A program made the position numbers and the translations under genes. Positions 1 to 8,247 of a stretch of DNA of 22,359 bases are shown here, in pieces (position 1 is the stretch's first letter; each line of letters begins with the position of its first letter). This DNA comes from a phage: NCBI GenBank assembly GCA_026686805.1, contig GCA_026686805.1_3949.2; one strand, written 5' to 3'. The notes under the pieces were generated by a model. That model did not search any database, was not told the DNA's origin, and worked only from the letters and a program-made list of their open reading frames with translations.

Positions 1-52
1 ATTGTGCACTGGTAAAATCCATCACGATAGAACTCAAGGGCTGCTGCCACAT
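1..52 (-). CDS. Partial ORF, 5' end only (continues past the window start); hypothetical protein
   Basis: Hand translation: minus-strand frame is open from 115 to the window edge, with ATG at 52..50 (MWQQPLSSIVMDFTSAQ...). An alternative GTG at 115..113 overlaps the stop of the upstream gene (GTGA). Not in the ORF track. Confidence 0.3.
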   Translation of the reverse strand, partial: MWQQPLSSIVMDFTSAQ

Positions 53-111
53 CACTACCAGTATTACCTTTGATAGTGAATCTTGAATCTTCTTGAGTGT
101 ACTTATCACTC

Positions 112-459
112 TCACTTACTTGGGAGTTTTTGAATGTACTGTTCACTTTGTTCGTTGAACACCCTGACATAATTATCAGTAACACAAACATTATAAAACT
201 CTGGCTTAGTTTTTTCATACGTTAGTACCTCTTTTGTGTGCTTATTCTTAGCAAGCACATCTTTCAAATCATTTTTGTAATTGGTGCTCAGTGTAGCTAA
301 TCCTTCCTGATAAGCATCTTTAGCAACACTTATCAGCTTCTCATTGTTTAGCTCAGTTTCAGCAACTTGGTAGTCTCTGTAAGAGTATCCTCCCCAGACA
401 CCTGCCCCAACTAAGAAAACAATTATGAAAGTAGCTTGACAGAACTCTTTAAATGTCAT
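112..459 (-). CDS. Hypothetical membrane-anchored protein (115 aa) with one N-terminal hydrophobic helix
   Basis: ATG start confirmed (cat at 457-459). N-terminal hydrophobic stretch FIIVFLVGAGVWGG followed by a polar, charged domain. AGGAG Shine-Dalgarno 8 nt upstream. Same orientation as neighbours. Confidence 0.6.
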   Translation of the reverse strand: MTFKEFCQATFIIVFLVGAGVWGGYSYRDYQVAETELNNEKLISVAKDAYQEGLATLSTNYKNDLKDVLAKNKHTKEVLTYEKTKPEFYNVCVTDNYVRVFNEQSEQYIQKLPSK

Positions 460-473
460 TTAACAATCTCCTG

Positions 474-500
474 AAATGAAAAAGGCTCCCGAAGGAGCCT
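474..500 (-). terminator. Intrinsic terminator hairpin with UUCG tetraloop (minus-strand RNA AGGCUCC-UUCG-GGAGCCU followed by UUUUCAUUU)
   Basis: Plus strand 483-500 is aggctcc-cgaa-ggagcct, a perfect 7-bp inverted repeat; on the minus-strand transcript a U-tract follows. Sits directly after the stop of the 512..976 gene. Confidence 0.6.
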
Positions 501-511
501 GTATCTTAACC

Positions 512-976
512 TTAACCGAGGACTTTAGCAAGGATATTTGCAGCCATCGAAGAAGCTTTTGCAGCAGCAACTACGCCAGCTTTGACAGTGCTATCCTTAA
601 TAGCAGATACCGTTGCAGCATCAGTAAAGAGATAAGTGATTGTTTTGGAACCACTTGTAAAGGAAAGCATAAGGGTAGTTTCCAGATTGAAAGAGCGATA
701 CGGAGCACCTTCTTTAACGATACCTTCAGCACCTAACTCTGAAGCCTTACCCATATCATAGATAGTCATCAGGTTTTCTTTGTGTGCAGTCGTTGAACCA
801 ACACCTTTTACGTGTTTTTTAACATTCAACAATGCACGATATTCACGAATGCTGCCATCAGCTTTTACATTAACAGCACGGAAAATTTTACCTTCAAAGT
901 TACCTTGAATCATTTTACGAACTACTTCAGATTTGTTTGCCGTATCGTCCAGTGCTACCGTAATGATATTGTTCAT
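512..976 (-). CDS. Hypothetical protein (154 aa from ATG; track ORF extends to 991 via a TTG)
   Basis: Track first codon at 991..989 is TTG. Internal ATG at 976..974 (MNNIITVALDD...) is preceded by GAGAGAAG. No recognisable motif. Confidence 0.55.
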   Translation of the reverse strand: MNNIITVALDDTANKSEVVRKMIQGNFEGKIFRAVNVKADGSIREYRALLNVKKHVKGVGSTTAHKENLMTIYDMGKASELGAEGIVKEGAPYRSFNLETTLMLSFTSGSKTITYLFTDAATVSAIKDSTVKAGVVAAAKASSMAANILAKVLG

Positions 977-987
977 AAGTTCTTCTC

Positions 988-1683
988 TCAATGTTTAACT
1001 AACATGGTTTTAATGTGTGGAAGGATTCTGTTTACCTTCTGAACATTCTTCTCTGTGTCTTCTATAAAACATACTATATTAAAGTAAGGCAGAATGCAAG
1101 ACTGAATCATCCTCACTTTCAAACTTTCTGCACTTATAGAGTTAGTTCCAAAACCACGCATAAAAAGCATGTAATCATGCTCTATGTTATGCCTTAAAAA
1201 CATCTCAGTAGGTATTCTCTGAGATTCACCTCTCGCTGTCAAGAGTCCAATGGCAGCATGATTAGCAATTGCATCAATAATACTAAAAACATACGTTGGC
1301 TTTGCTCTTACAGAGTCAAGAAGATTAGTGTACTGTGAGAATGACCCATCAGTCAATTCCGTTGAGCAATCTTCGTGATTAAAATTTGTAAGAACGCCAT
1401 CAATATCTGCTAAGATGAGGTTACCTTTTTCTACAAGGTCTTTATTGACTATGACTAAACTATCACGCCTTACACCTATAGTTTGTCCAGTCTCTTTGTC
1501 CACAACGTTCACAATTGGTTCTGATGTGTGGAACTCTTCCAGTGAACATACAACTTCTCTTGCAGTGTCTTCAAAATCCCTACACTGTTCTGGAGTCCAT
1601 ACACAGGAATCAAGACCTAACTCATGAGGATGTAAGTCGTAAGCATGACACAGTACTTCATCAGACTTTTTTAATTTTTTCAT
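988..1683 (-). CDS. HAD-superfamily hydrolase/phosphatase-like protein (231 aa)
   Basis: ATG start confirmed. Motif ILADIDGVLTNF resembles HAD motif I (DxDGxL), followed by a conserved T (LLTARG), a K and an acidic motif (FIEDTEKN). Substrate not inferable. Overlaps the upstream gene by 23 nt. Confidence 0.5.
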   Translation of the reverse strand: MKKLKKSDEVLCHAYDLHPHELGLDSCVWTPEQCRDFEDTAREVVCSLEEFHTSEPIVNVVDKETGQTIGVRRDSLVIVNKDLVEKGNLILADIDGVLTNFNHEDCSTELTDGSFSQYTNLLDSVRAKPTYVFSIIDAIANHAAIGLLTARGESQRIPTEMFLRHNIEHDYMLFMRGFGTNSISAESLKVRMIQSCILPYFNIVCFIEDTEKNVQKVNRILPHIKTMLVKH

Positions 1684-2209
1684 GGTTTACCTTAGAAATG
1701 TTTGTTGCAAATTCACATTGAGCGATAACTTTCATATTGTTATAGACATCTTGAGAGTATTTCTTAGCTTTAGGGATTTTGTACGAATACCCAGCATTAT
1801 ATGATGCTAAAACTTTTTGTAAAGTCTTCTTTGACTTTGGCTGACCATGCACCTTTGTCCAAAACTCAAGTTCTTTGTGCGTTTCCTTTGCAGCATAGTC
1901 AAAGTCTTTTAAGAGTTTCTTTTTAGCCACATTAGGACTAATTTTGTTACGCTTTACAACAGTCTTCAAGTGATTCTGGAAAATACCATAATCATGTGTC
2001 TTTTTATTCTCTACCTTCAGACCTAACTCTGACTCTTGTAAGGCTATAGCAGCTAGAGTGATACCCCAACCTTTACCCATGTTATTCTCACCATACTGGT
2101 AAGCTTTTAACATGTTTACTTTTTGGCTAATTGATAGCTCTGGGCAGTCAACTGCATAAGATAAGTGTGCTGTAAACATTAAGCACAAACCTAGAATCAA
2201 TTTCTTCAT
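1661..2209 (-). CDS. Secreted lytic transglycosylase / lysozyme-like protein (SLT-domain-like) with N-terminal signal peptide
   Basis: ATG start confirmed. N-terminus MKKLILGLCLMFTAHLSYA looks like a Sec signal peptide. AIALQESELG and YGIFQ resemble the catalytic-Glu E-S motif and the G-L-M-Q motif of SLT-family transglycosylases. AGGAG Shine-Dalgarno upstream. Confidence 0.55.
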   Translation of the reverse strand: MKKLILGLCLMFTAHLSYAVDCPELSISQKVNMLKAYQYGENNMGKGWGITLAAIALQESELGLKVENKKTHDYGIFQNHLKTVVKRNKISPNVAKKKLLKDFDYAAKETHKELEFWTKVHGQPKSKKTLQKVLASYNAGYSYKIPKAKKYSQDVYNNMKVIAQCEFATNISKVNHEKIKKV

Positions 2210-2240
2210 TGGTTCTCCTGTTTAGTTTATCGTGACAACA

Positions 2241-2275
2241 ATTATACAGCACTCTGCACAAAATACAAATAAAAA
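2241..2275 (-). promoter_or_regulatory. Candidate sigma70-like promoter (-10 TATAAT, weak -35 TTTGTA/TTGTAT) upstream of the transglycosylase-like gene
   Basis: Minus strand reads ...tatttgtattttgtgcagagtgctgTATAATtgttgtcacg...; perfect TATAAT at 2246..2241, about 30 nt upstream of the ATG at 2209, immediately after the 2268..2293 terminator. Confidence 0.35.
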
Positions 2276-2293
2276 AAGGCCGCCGAAGCAGCC
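2268..2293 (-). terminator. Intrinsic terminator hairpin with UUCG tetraloop (minus RNA GGCUGC-UUCG-GCGGCC, one G-U wobble, then UUUUUUUAUU)
   Basis: Plus 2278-2293 is ggccgc-cgaa-gcagcc, preceded on plus by a 7-nt A-run (U-tract on the minus transcript). The hairpin pairs better as minus-strand RNA than plus. Directly downstream of rIIB. Confidence 0.6.
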
Positions 2294-2310
2294 TTTTAAG
2301 AAATTACTTA

Positions 2311-3420
2311 TTAGATTTCACGTTTACGTTGAGAGATGAGTTCACCAGCAGTGCCAACGATGACATGCAAAGCTTCAGTCTTACCGTCCCATGCTTTCAG
2401 CACTTTACGTTGATTATCAACGATTGCTGCAACTTCATAACGAGAGGAACGCATCTTCATATCGTTGTAATCAGTTGGAACAGATACAACATCTCGTGGA
2501 TGGACACGAACCTTCAGGATTGTATCACCTGAGAAGCAACGAACATAATCCCAAGCACCAACATGAAGACCTTGAGAGCAAGTTACGTTACGGTTATTAT
2601 CAACCATCCAACGTGGCATTTCTACAATGTTACCCAAATCATTAGGCACTTTGTAGGTGTGAGAGTCAACCAGCTTGCCTTCACGAGTAGATACTTTCTT
2701 CCAACCAATGATGTAGCCTTCTTCATCAATTTCAACATCAAGGTGAGATACAAAGCCCCAAAGTTGTTCTACAGAGTCTTTAGATGGGTTTTCCATCAGT
2801 TTTTCGAAGAACATCACAAGGCGTTCAAAACCTTTATCTCCAGTCTTCATCATGTGAAGAATACGGTCAACCAGAGTAGAACGCATCTCAACAGCACCGT
2901 AGAATAGCTTGTCACCTTTGATTGTGATAGCACCCTGAGTGAAGTTTTCGATAGACTTACGAATATTCATCAGTTCAAAGGCTTTCTTGAACTCACCTTT
3001 CACAACATGAACTACAATCTCTTGATAGTTCGGATGAGTAGACTCAACAATTTCAGATTCTGAACCGTAAGTCATAATTACAGAGTCACCAGTAATCATG
3101 TACTCAATTTTGTCATCTTTCTGCATAGCTTCATGCAGTTTATTTACTGGAGCTTTCTGTACAGCGTCTTTAACGACCTTTTCAACTTGTTTGCCAGATT
3201 TCTTTTTAAAAGTTTTAGCAACTTGTTTCAAAGTCTTCGTAGCTGGTGTAGAAGTCGCCTTCTTATTACCTTTTAAGGTTGCTTCATGACGCTCTACAGC
3301 ACGACCAACTGAACGGGTTGAAGTATTAAATTTCTGTGCAATAGCTGTTTTAGTCAGCTTACCCTCTTTAACCAGTTTGTAAATTTCTGCGTCAATCTGT
3401 GCTTTAGTTTTAGTAGTCAT
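2311..3420 (-). CDS. rIIB: rIIB protein (369 aa)
   Basis: ATG start confirmed. C-terminal half matches the T4 rIIB pattern as I recall it (...VRVHPRDVVSVPTDYNDMKMR..., ...VTCSQGLHV...). Lies directly downstream of the rIIA-like gene in the same orientation, as in T4. Confidence 0.85.
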   Translation of the reverse strand: MTTKTKAQIDAEIYKLVKEGKLTKTAIAQKFNTSTRSVGRAVERHEATLKGNKKATSTPATKTLKQVAKTFKKKSGKQVEKVVKDAVQKAPVNKLHEAMQKDDKIEYMITGDSVIMTYGSESEIVESTHPNYQEIVVHVVKGEFKKAFELMNIRKSIENFTQGAITIKGDKLFYGAVEMRSTLVDRILHMMKTGDKGFERLVMFFEKLMENPSKDSVEQLWGFVSHLDVEIDEEGYIIGWKKVSTREGKLVDSHTYKVPNDLGNIVEMPRWMVDNNRNVTCSQGLHVGAWDYVRCFSGDTILKVRVHPRDVVSVPTDYNDMKMRSSRYEVAAIVDNQRKVLKAWDGKTEALHVIVGTAGELISQRKREI

Positions 3421-3468
3421 CTTATTACTCTCTCTCTCTTGTTAGTTAATAAATCATTTTGTAAGGCT

Positions 3469-3498
3469 ATTCTAAGGGGCTTTGAAGCCCCTTGTCAA
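3469..3498 (-). promoter_or_regulatory. Candidate sigma70-like promoter (TTGACA-N18-TAGAAT) in the rIIA-rIIB intergenic region
   Basis: Minus strand: gtTTGACAaggggcttcaaagccccTTAGAATagcc; -35 at 3498..3493, -10 at 3474..3469, predicted start about 40 nt upstream of the rIIB ATG. The spacer is itself a GC hairpin (separate feature). Confidence 0.35.
3475..3492 (-). other. GC-rich hairpin AGGGGC-UUCAAA-GCCCCU with no U-tract (RNA structural element between rIIA and rIIB)
   Basis: Perfect 6-bp inverted repeat aggggc/gcccct with a 6-nt loop. Not followed by a U-run on either strand, so not called a terminator. Confidence 0.45.
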
Positions 3499-3503
3499 AC
3501 ACT

Positions 3504-5870
3504 TTAATCGTAAACTGTTGTACCTTCTGGAACACATTTTACATCAAAGCCTAAGAACTTACTCACTTCGATGGGTGACACTTTATTCCAATCTAAATGA
3601 GAAAGCAAGAAGTTTTCTTGTTTTCTTTTTGAAAGGTATTTTGTCACCTTAATGACCATACGGTCACCAGCTTTCTTAATTTTCTTGTAAAGCTTTGTAT
3701 CATTGTCAAGACAGTCTTTCAAAGTTTTCAATACACTAATAGTATAAGTGTATGCAAATGGTGCAGCAACGTATTGGATTTTACCGAACATAGCCTCTAC
3801 AGCCTCTTCATTACCTTCTAGGAAGATAGTTTTGCTAGTATCTCGTGAATAGCAATAGCCACGAGAAATCTTCCTGTTATTGAACGTAAAGTTTCTGGCA
3901 ATAATCCAACTGCTTGTAAGGTCGAGGACACCATTCATATAGATACGTGTCATATATCTGTTATGATTAATCCAATGAACATCAGTTAAGCTGTCGTTCA
4001 AGAGTTTCTCATCTACTTCAATCCAGTCTTCTGGTATCTTTTTCCAATTTGCTTTTCGGAAAACATAGACTGTCTTCCCTATAACATTAGCAACTGACTT
4101 GGCTACATCTTCTGGAGATGAGCAAAAACATTCACCATCAACTGTGTCACCAACTGCCTTAATGTAAAGCTGAGGTTCTTCAATTGTATCAAAGTCCTCT
4201 GAAACCTCTTTATAGGAAGCTACACCTTCTGCTGGAACAGCTTTCCAGAGTTTTACAACACCTCTTACAGCTTCTTTACGCTGATAGTGATGTTCCTTAT
4301 CAGACATCTTAACAATCTTTAACAAGCTTTTATCAAGTTTGTGTAGATTGATTAAATCATCTAACTCTTTTTCAGTCGAGAATACAAACACAATACCATT
4401 ATATCTGTGAAACAGACTTGACTCACTGGCGTAGTCTCGACATGCACCACGCAGAATCTGATTGCGGCCTACAGTCTTCTCAGTACCATTTTTATTGCGA
4501 CGGTCATTAATCACGAACAAAAACTGTTCAATTTGGCTTTTACGCATTGCGCCAAAGATATTGAACATACTTGCCTCTTGAGTGTAGGAAAGTGCTGTTG
4601 CACGAATCTTACTCTCTAAAGAGTTGAACTTGACATAAGCAACTGGGTTATAAAGATAATCTACTTTAGGGATATTGTTCCCGTTCCTATCAACCTTAAT
4701 ATTGCCTTTACCGTCACGTTCATAAATGACTGAGCCGTCTTCTGCGTAGATAATTCCACGACGAATGTTTAACAATTCTTCTTCCAGAGAATCAAGCTTA
4801 ACGCCTCCCCACTCTAGCTTTGGACACACAGCATTAAACATCTCTCGTGAGTTCAAACGTAGCTCAGCATAAGCCTGTGCAGCATCCATGAGTGTAGGTT
4901 GACTATTAACTTTCTTGATAACATCCTTTGTAATTGCTTCAGTTATCTTTTTGGTAGCCTCGATGATAACATTTTTTGTCGTGTCATTCATCTGCAATGC
5001 TTCACGAGAAGCTGCAATAGCAACTGAACCAATAGGCATGTAGATGTTTACAAGGTCTACGCTCCTACGGAAAAATTCTGGCAATACTTTGAAGAAGTCA
5101 TCACCAAGTAATGCTTCCATATTAACAGGGTAGGCAATGTTACCCATCACCACATTAAACTCTGTCCTGTTACCACTAGAACGCCAGCTTTGCTTATGAA
5201 TCATGGCATCATAAACACCTTCTTCACGGGCAATGACGTTCATATCTGCTAATACATCGTCGTACTCAATATTACTTTCTGGTTTTACAGTGAAGTATGA
5301 GTACACATTCCCAGCTTCTTCAAAGAACTTTGAGATACGGTGGTCAGCAACTGCCACACGTACAGCTAAACCATTAGGTTCTTTTGTTGGGTTAGTTGTC
5401 AGCTTAGTTACTTGAGGGATACCATTCTCAAGATAAACAGAGTACTTATTAACAACACCGTCAACATAGCTAGATACTGTGAATGACTGAGCAATTGCAA
5501 ATGGTGACTTTGAGCCGATACCCATTGCACCAATGTAGTCATTAGAGTCATTCTTCGTAGAAGCTCCATAGTTTAGGTACAAACTCATAACTTTATCATG
5601 AGTCAATCCAGTTCCAAAATCACGAACTTCAAAGTAAGGCTCAAAACGAGTAGGTAAATGCACATGGAACGGGATGTTCTCTTTTCCAGCTTCTTTCTGA
5701 GCATCTACTGCGTTACATGACAGTTCACGAATCACTGCCCTTTCTTTAAAGGTATACACACCAGAACTCAAAAGGCTGAACATCTCAGGTGTCATTGTAA
5801 TCTGTGCTTGAGACGTCTCTAAAGAAGTTGAACTCTTAATCACTTCTGCGTGGTCATTTACCATGCGCAT
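3504..5870 (-). CDS. rIIA: rIIA protein (788 aa) with N-terminal GHKL/Bergerat-fold ATPase-like N-box
   Basis: ATG start confirmed, with AGAGGAAAG Shine-Dalgarno. ELSCNAVDA near residue 50 fits the GHKL N-box (E-x-x-x-N-A-x-D-A). Size and position immediately upstream of rIIB fit rIIA. Confidence 0.8.
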   Translation of the reverse strand: MRMVNDHAEVIKSSTSLETSQAQITMTPEMFSLLSSGVYTFKERAVIRELSCNAVDAQKEAGKENIPFHVHLPTRFEPYFEVRDFGTGLTHDKVMSLYLNYGASTKNDSNDYIGAMGIGSKSPFAIAQSFTVSSYVDGVVNKYSVYLENGIPQVTKLTTNPTKEPNGLAVRVAVADHRISKFFEEAGNVYSYFTVKPESNIEYDDVLADMNVIAREEGVYDAMIHKQSWRSSGNRTEFNVVMGNIAYPVNMEALLGDDFFKVLPEFFRRSVDLVNIYMPIGSVAIAASREALQMNDTTKNVIIEATKKITEAITKDVIKKVNSQPTLMDAAQAYAELRLNSREMFNAVCPKLEWGGVKLDSLEEELLNIRRGIIYAEDGSVIYERDGKGNIKVDRNGNNIPKVDYLYNPVAYVKFNSLESKIRATALSYTQEASMFNIFGAMRKSQIEQFLFVINDRRNKNGTEKTVGRNQILRGACRDYASESSLFHRYNGIVFVFSTEKELDDLINLHKLDKSLLKIVKMSDKEHHYQRKEAVRGVVKLWKAVPAEGVASYKEVSEDFDTIEEPQLYIKAVGDTVDGECFCSSPEDVAKSVANVIGKTVYVFRKANWKKIPEDWIEVDEKLLNDSLTDVHWINHNRYMTRIYMNGVLDLTSSWIIARNFTFNNRKISRGYCYSRDTSKTIFLEGNEEAVEAMFGKIQYVAAPFAYTYTISVLKTLKDCLDNDTKLYKKIKKAGDRMVIKVTKYLSKRKQENFLLSHLDWNKVSPIEVSKFLGFDVKCVPEGTTVYD

Positions 5871-5898
5871 AATACTTTCCTCTTAGTTTACTGTTAAA

Positions 5899-6075
5899 TT
5901 ACTTATTAAACATTTTACCAGAACCACCACACATAGGGCAACAACCTGCTCTTGTATACCCTTCTCCGTTACAGTAGTCACACTTCTTGTGTTCTGCAAA
6001 GTACTTACAAAGAAGATAAACAAGGACTGCTACACTACCAAGTGACAGTAAAATTTCTACCCAATATGCTTGCAT
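5899..6075 (-). CDS. Small membrane protein with C-terminal DnaJ-type zinc-finger repeats (58 aa); not in ORF track
   Basis: Hand-translated: MQAYWVEILLSLGSVAVLVYLLCKYFAEHKKCDYCNGEGYTRAGCCPMCGGSGKMFNK. One hydrophobic helix, then two CxxCxGxG units (CDYCNGEG, CPMCGGSG). GAGGTGAG Shine-Dalgarno 4-11 nt upstream of the ATG. Overlaps the 3' end of the 6057..6392 ORF by 19 nt in another frame. Confidence 0.45.
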   Translation of the reverse strand: MQAYWVEILLSLGSVAVLVYLLCKYFAEHKKCDYCNGEGYTRAGCCPMCGGSGKMFNK

Positions 6076-6392
6076 GACTCACCTCTCATGTTTTTGTAAA
6101 GGATAAAGCTTCTGTCATGGACGATACTTGTAGATACTGCAAAGTTACTTTCAAGCATCTGTTTGTTTGGATTGTAGAAGCTTTCTTTAAACTCGTCAAG
6201 CGCAAATTGGTGATTGTCTGGAAGACCTTTTACACAAACCTTTATTGTGATTGCTGCTGCAATCTTGCCAGTCAGTTCTTCTTTAGCTGCTACTAAAATT
6301 TTGTTAAGGAACTTTTTACCATCTTCAGGTTTCTTAATGTTCTCCCAACGCTCTTCTAAGACAATGTTGATGTTCATCTCTTTGATTTTCAT
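6057..6392 (-). CDS. Hypothetical protein (111 aa)
   Basis: ATG start confirmed. First gene after the 6404..6431 terminator and candidate promoter. No recognisable motif. Confidence 0.5.
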   Translation of the reverse strand: MKIKEMNINIVLEERWENIKKPEDGKKFLNKILVAAKEELTGKIAAAITIKVCVKGLPDNHQFALDEFKESFYNPNKQMLESNFAVSTSIVHDRSFILYKNMRGESCKHIG

Positions 6393-6403
6393 AATCTTCT
6401 CCA

Positions 6404-6431
6404 GAAATTAAAAAGGCTCCCGTAGGAGCCT
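6404..6431 (-). terminator. Intrinsic terminator hairpin (minus RNA AGGCUCC-UACG-GGAGCCU followed by UUUUUAAUUUC)
   Basis: Plus 6414-6431 is aggctcc-cgta-ggagcct, the same stem as the 483-500 hairpin with a different tetraloop. U-tract follows on the minus transcript. Immediately downstream of the NAMPT-like gene. Confidence 0.6.
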
Positions 6432-6434
6432 CTT

Positions 6435-6462
6435 ATCATATACTTTTAAAGCTGCTTGTCAA
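6435..6462 (-). promoter_or_regulatory. Candidate sigma70-like promoter (TTGACA-N16-TATGAT) overlapping the 3' end of the NAMPT-like gene
   Basis: Minus strand: aatatTGACAagcagctttaaaagtaTATGATaagaggctcc; -35 at 6462..6457, -10 at 6440..6435. The transcript would begin inside the terminator hairpin. Confidence 0.3.
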
Positions 6463-8227
6463 TATTATTTCGAATATCGCCAAGAGTTGTGTAGCCGAAC
6501 TGCTCAGAGTCGCTAAAGACTAAACGTAAAGCACAAGCTGGATGCTCAAGTGCATCTGCAAAACTCTGGAATCCATAGCCATCTACAGCTTTCAGATTCT
6601 CACCATCCCACATAGGGGCTACACCACCAAAAGCAGACTTCTTAACACCACTATCTGTTTTAGGGTCTTTTGCAAGCATAATCTCTTTACCACCAATGCT
6701 TGCAAGAGTTGCTTTGACAGCAAATGCAAAGGTGTCACGAGTCATGTACTGGTAAGTGTAGGAACCTACACCAAACACTACGTTAGAGCTTGCAAAACCC
6801 ATTTCATACAAACGCTTAAGGATTTCGTTTGCACGTTCCAACGTGATAGAGTCACCATAGATAAGGCCAATGTGCTCATCCAGTACCTTAAAACCTTTAG
6901 AGTTGATAGTCCCTCCAAAGATGTTGTACAGTGTCTTAATAGCTCCATCAATCTCAGCTACAGGGCGTGTTACAACGTTTGCAGAACCAACCATATAAGC
7001 GTTCTTCAACATCACTGTATCAGCAACTTCAAAGTCTTCTCTGTCAACAACCATTTCATAGCCTTCTGACAGTAGCCATCCAGCAATACCATAGTTGATG
7101 TTTTCAAGCTTCATGTTCAGAACAGCATTCAACATTGTGTCGCTGGCTTCCAGCTTGCTAAGGTGCTCATAATAAGCCTTTTTAGCACACTCTAAGTGGA
7201 TTGCTTTATAACCTGTGACAATATGTACAGGGTCTCCAGAGTCAGGACGAATTACCAGTTTACCGTCACGTTCCATAATCTCTTTGCGAAGTGCTGGTAA
7301 GATTTCTGACACAGTTCTCCAGAAGTTATAAGTGTCTGAAACAACACTTGCAATACCAGTTGGGTAAGTTTCTGTTAAGAAACGACGGAAGGTTTGTAAC
7401 TCACCTTTAAAGCGTCTTTCTTCTTCAATCAACTCATTACCACCTTCCCAAGCAATGTTTGCACACATTACAGAGTGCTCAGTGGCTGGTACAGAACTAC
7501 CAATATCAGAAATTGGGTAAGACTGTCCATAGATGCGTTTAGCCGTGTATACAGCAGGGAAACTATCAGTTCCTTTAAAGCTGGTTAAGTGACCTACAGC
7601 ATTAAATGCGTCATCGGTAAAGCCGGACATACCACGCATAGCAAAGTCATGGCACTGATAAGGTAAATGTAAGTCATTGTCGCAAGTAAGGTCAGCCCAC
7701 TTCTTACAGATACGTTTGTAGTGCAATGCAATAGTTGCAATGGTACAAGCCTTCCAAATCTCAGCAGAGAAAGCATCTTCCAGATACCCCGCTACCCAAT
7801 GGAAACCTGAAACAGTGTTCTGGAAGACAATTATTGGTACACGCATAGGAACAACTGTGCCTTCTTCTACAGCGTATACTTCAACTGGCAGATAACCTAA
7901 GTCGTGAAGTGCTTCCCAATGCTCTCGACCAATAGCATCTTTACCCAGAACACCGTTCATGACTTCTAATATTTCGTCAATTGCTTCTTTTTTGTCACGT
8001 TCAAAGAAGGTGGCGTTCCAGTGGTCTATCAGGTAATCTTTAACAAAACGTTGAATACCAAAAGCAACTACACCATCAATTGCTAAGGGGCTGTTAAACC
8101 ATTTGTCACTACGTGGTGTCAGGTTGAACATCAAGTACTCTGTTGCGCTAGGATACTGGTAGATGTGACCAGATTTGTAAGCATCTGCGTTTAAACCTGC
8201 TGGTACTGCATAAAGTGATTTAGTCAT
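6446..8227 (-). CDS. Nicotinamide phosphoribosyltransferase-family protein (NAMPT-like; candidate NARP1 Namat), 593 aa
   Basis: ATG start confirmed. N-terminal ...NADAYKSGHIYQYPSATEY...FNLTPR tracks the NAMPT N-terminal signature as I recall it from human NAMPT ([27 protein letters not shown]). Same orientation as, and 45 nt downstream of, the PRPP-synthetase-like gene. Confidence 0.8.
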   Translation of the reverse strand: MTKSLYAVPAGLNADAYKSGHIYQYPSATEYLMFNLTPRSDKWFNSPLAIDGVVAFGIQRFVKDYLIDHWNATFFERDKKEAIDEILEVMNGVLGKDAIGREHWEALHDLGYLPVEVYAVEEGTVVPMRVPIIVFQNTVSGFHWVAGYLEDAFSAEIWKACTIATIALHYKRICKKWADLTCDNDLHLPYQCHDFAMRGMSGFTDDAFNAVGHLTSFKGTDSFPAVYTAKRIYGQSYPISDIGSSVPATEHSVMCANIAWEGGNELIEEERRFKGELQTFRRFLTETYPTGIASVVSDTYNFWRTVSEILPALRKEIMERDGKLVIRPDSGDPVHIVTGYKAIHLECAKKAYYEHLSKLEASDTMLNAVLNMKLENINYGIAGWLLSEGYEMVVDREDFEVADTVMLKNAYMVGSANVVTRPVAEIDGAIKTLYNIFGGTINSKGFKVLDEHIGLIYGDSITLERANEILKRLYEMGFASSNVVFGVGSYTYQYMTRDTFAFAVKATLASIGGKEIMLAKDPKTDSGVKKSAFGGVAPMWDGENLKAVDGYGFQSFADALEHPACALRLVFSDSEQFGYTTLGDIRNNIDKQL

Positions 8228-8247
8228 CTTTTAATCTCTCTCAAAAT

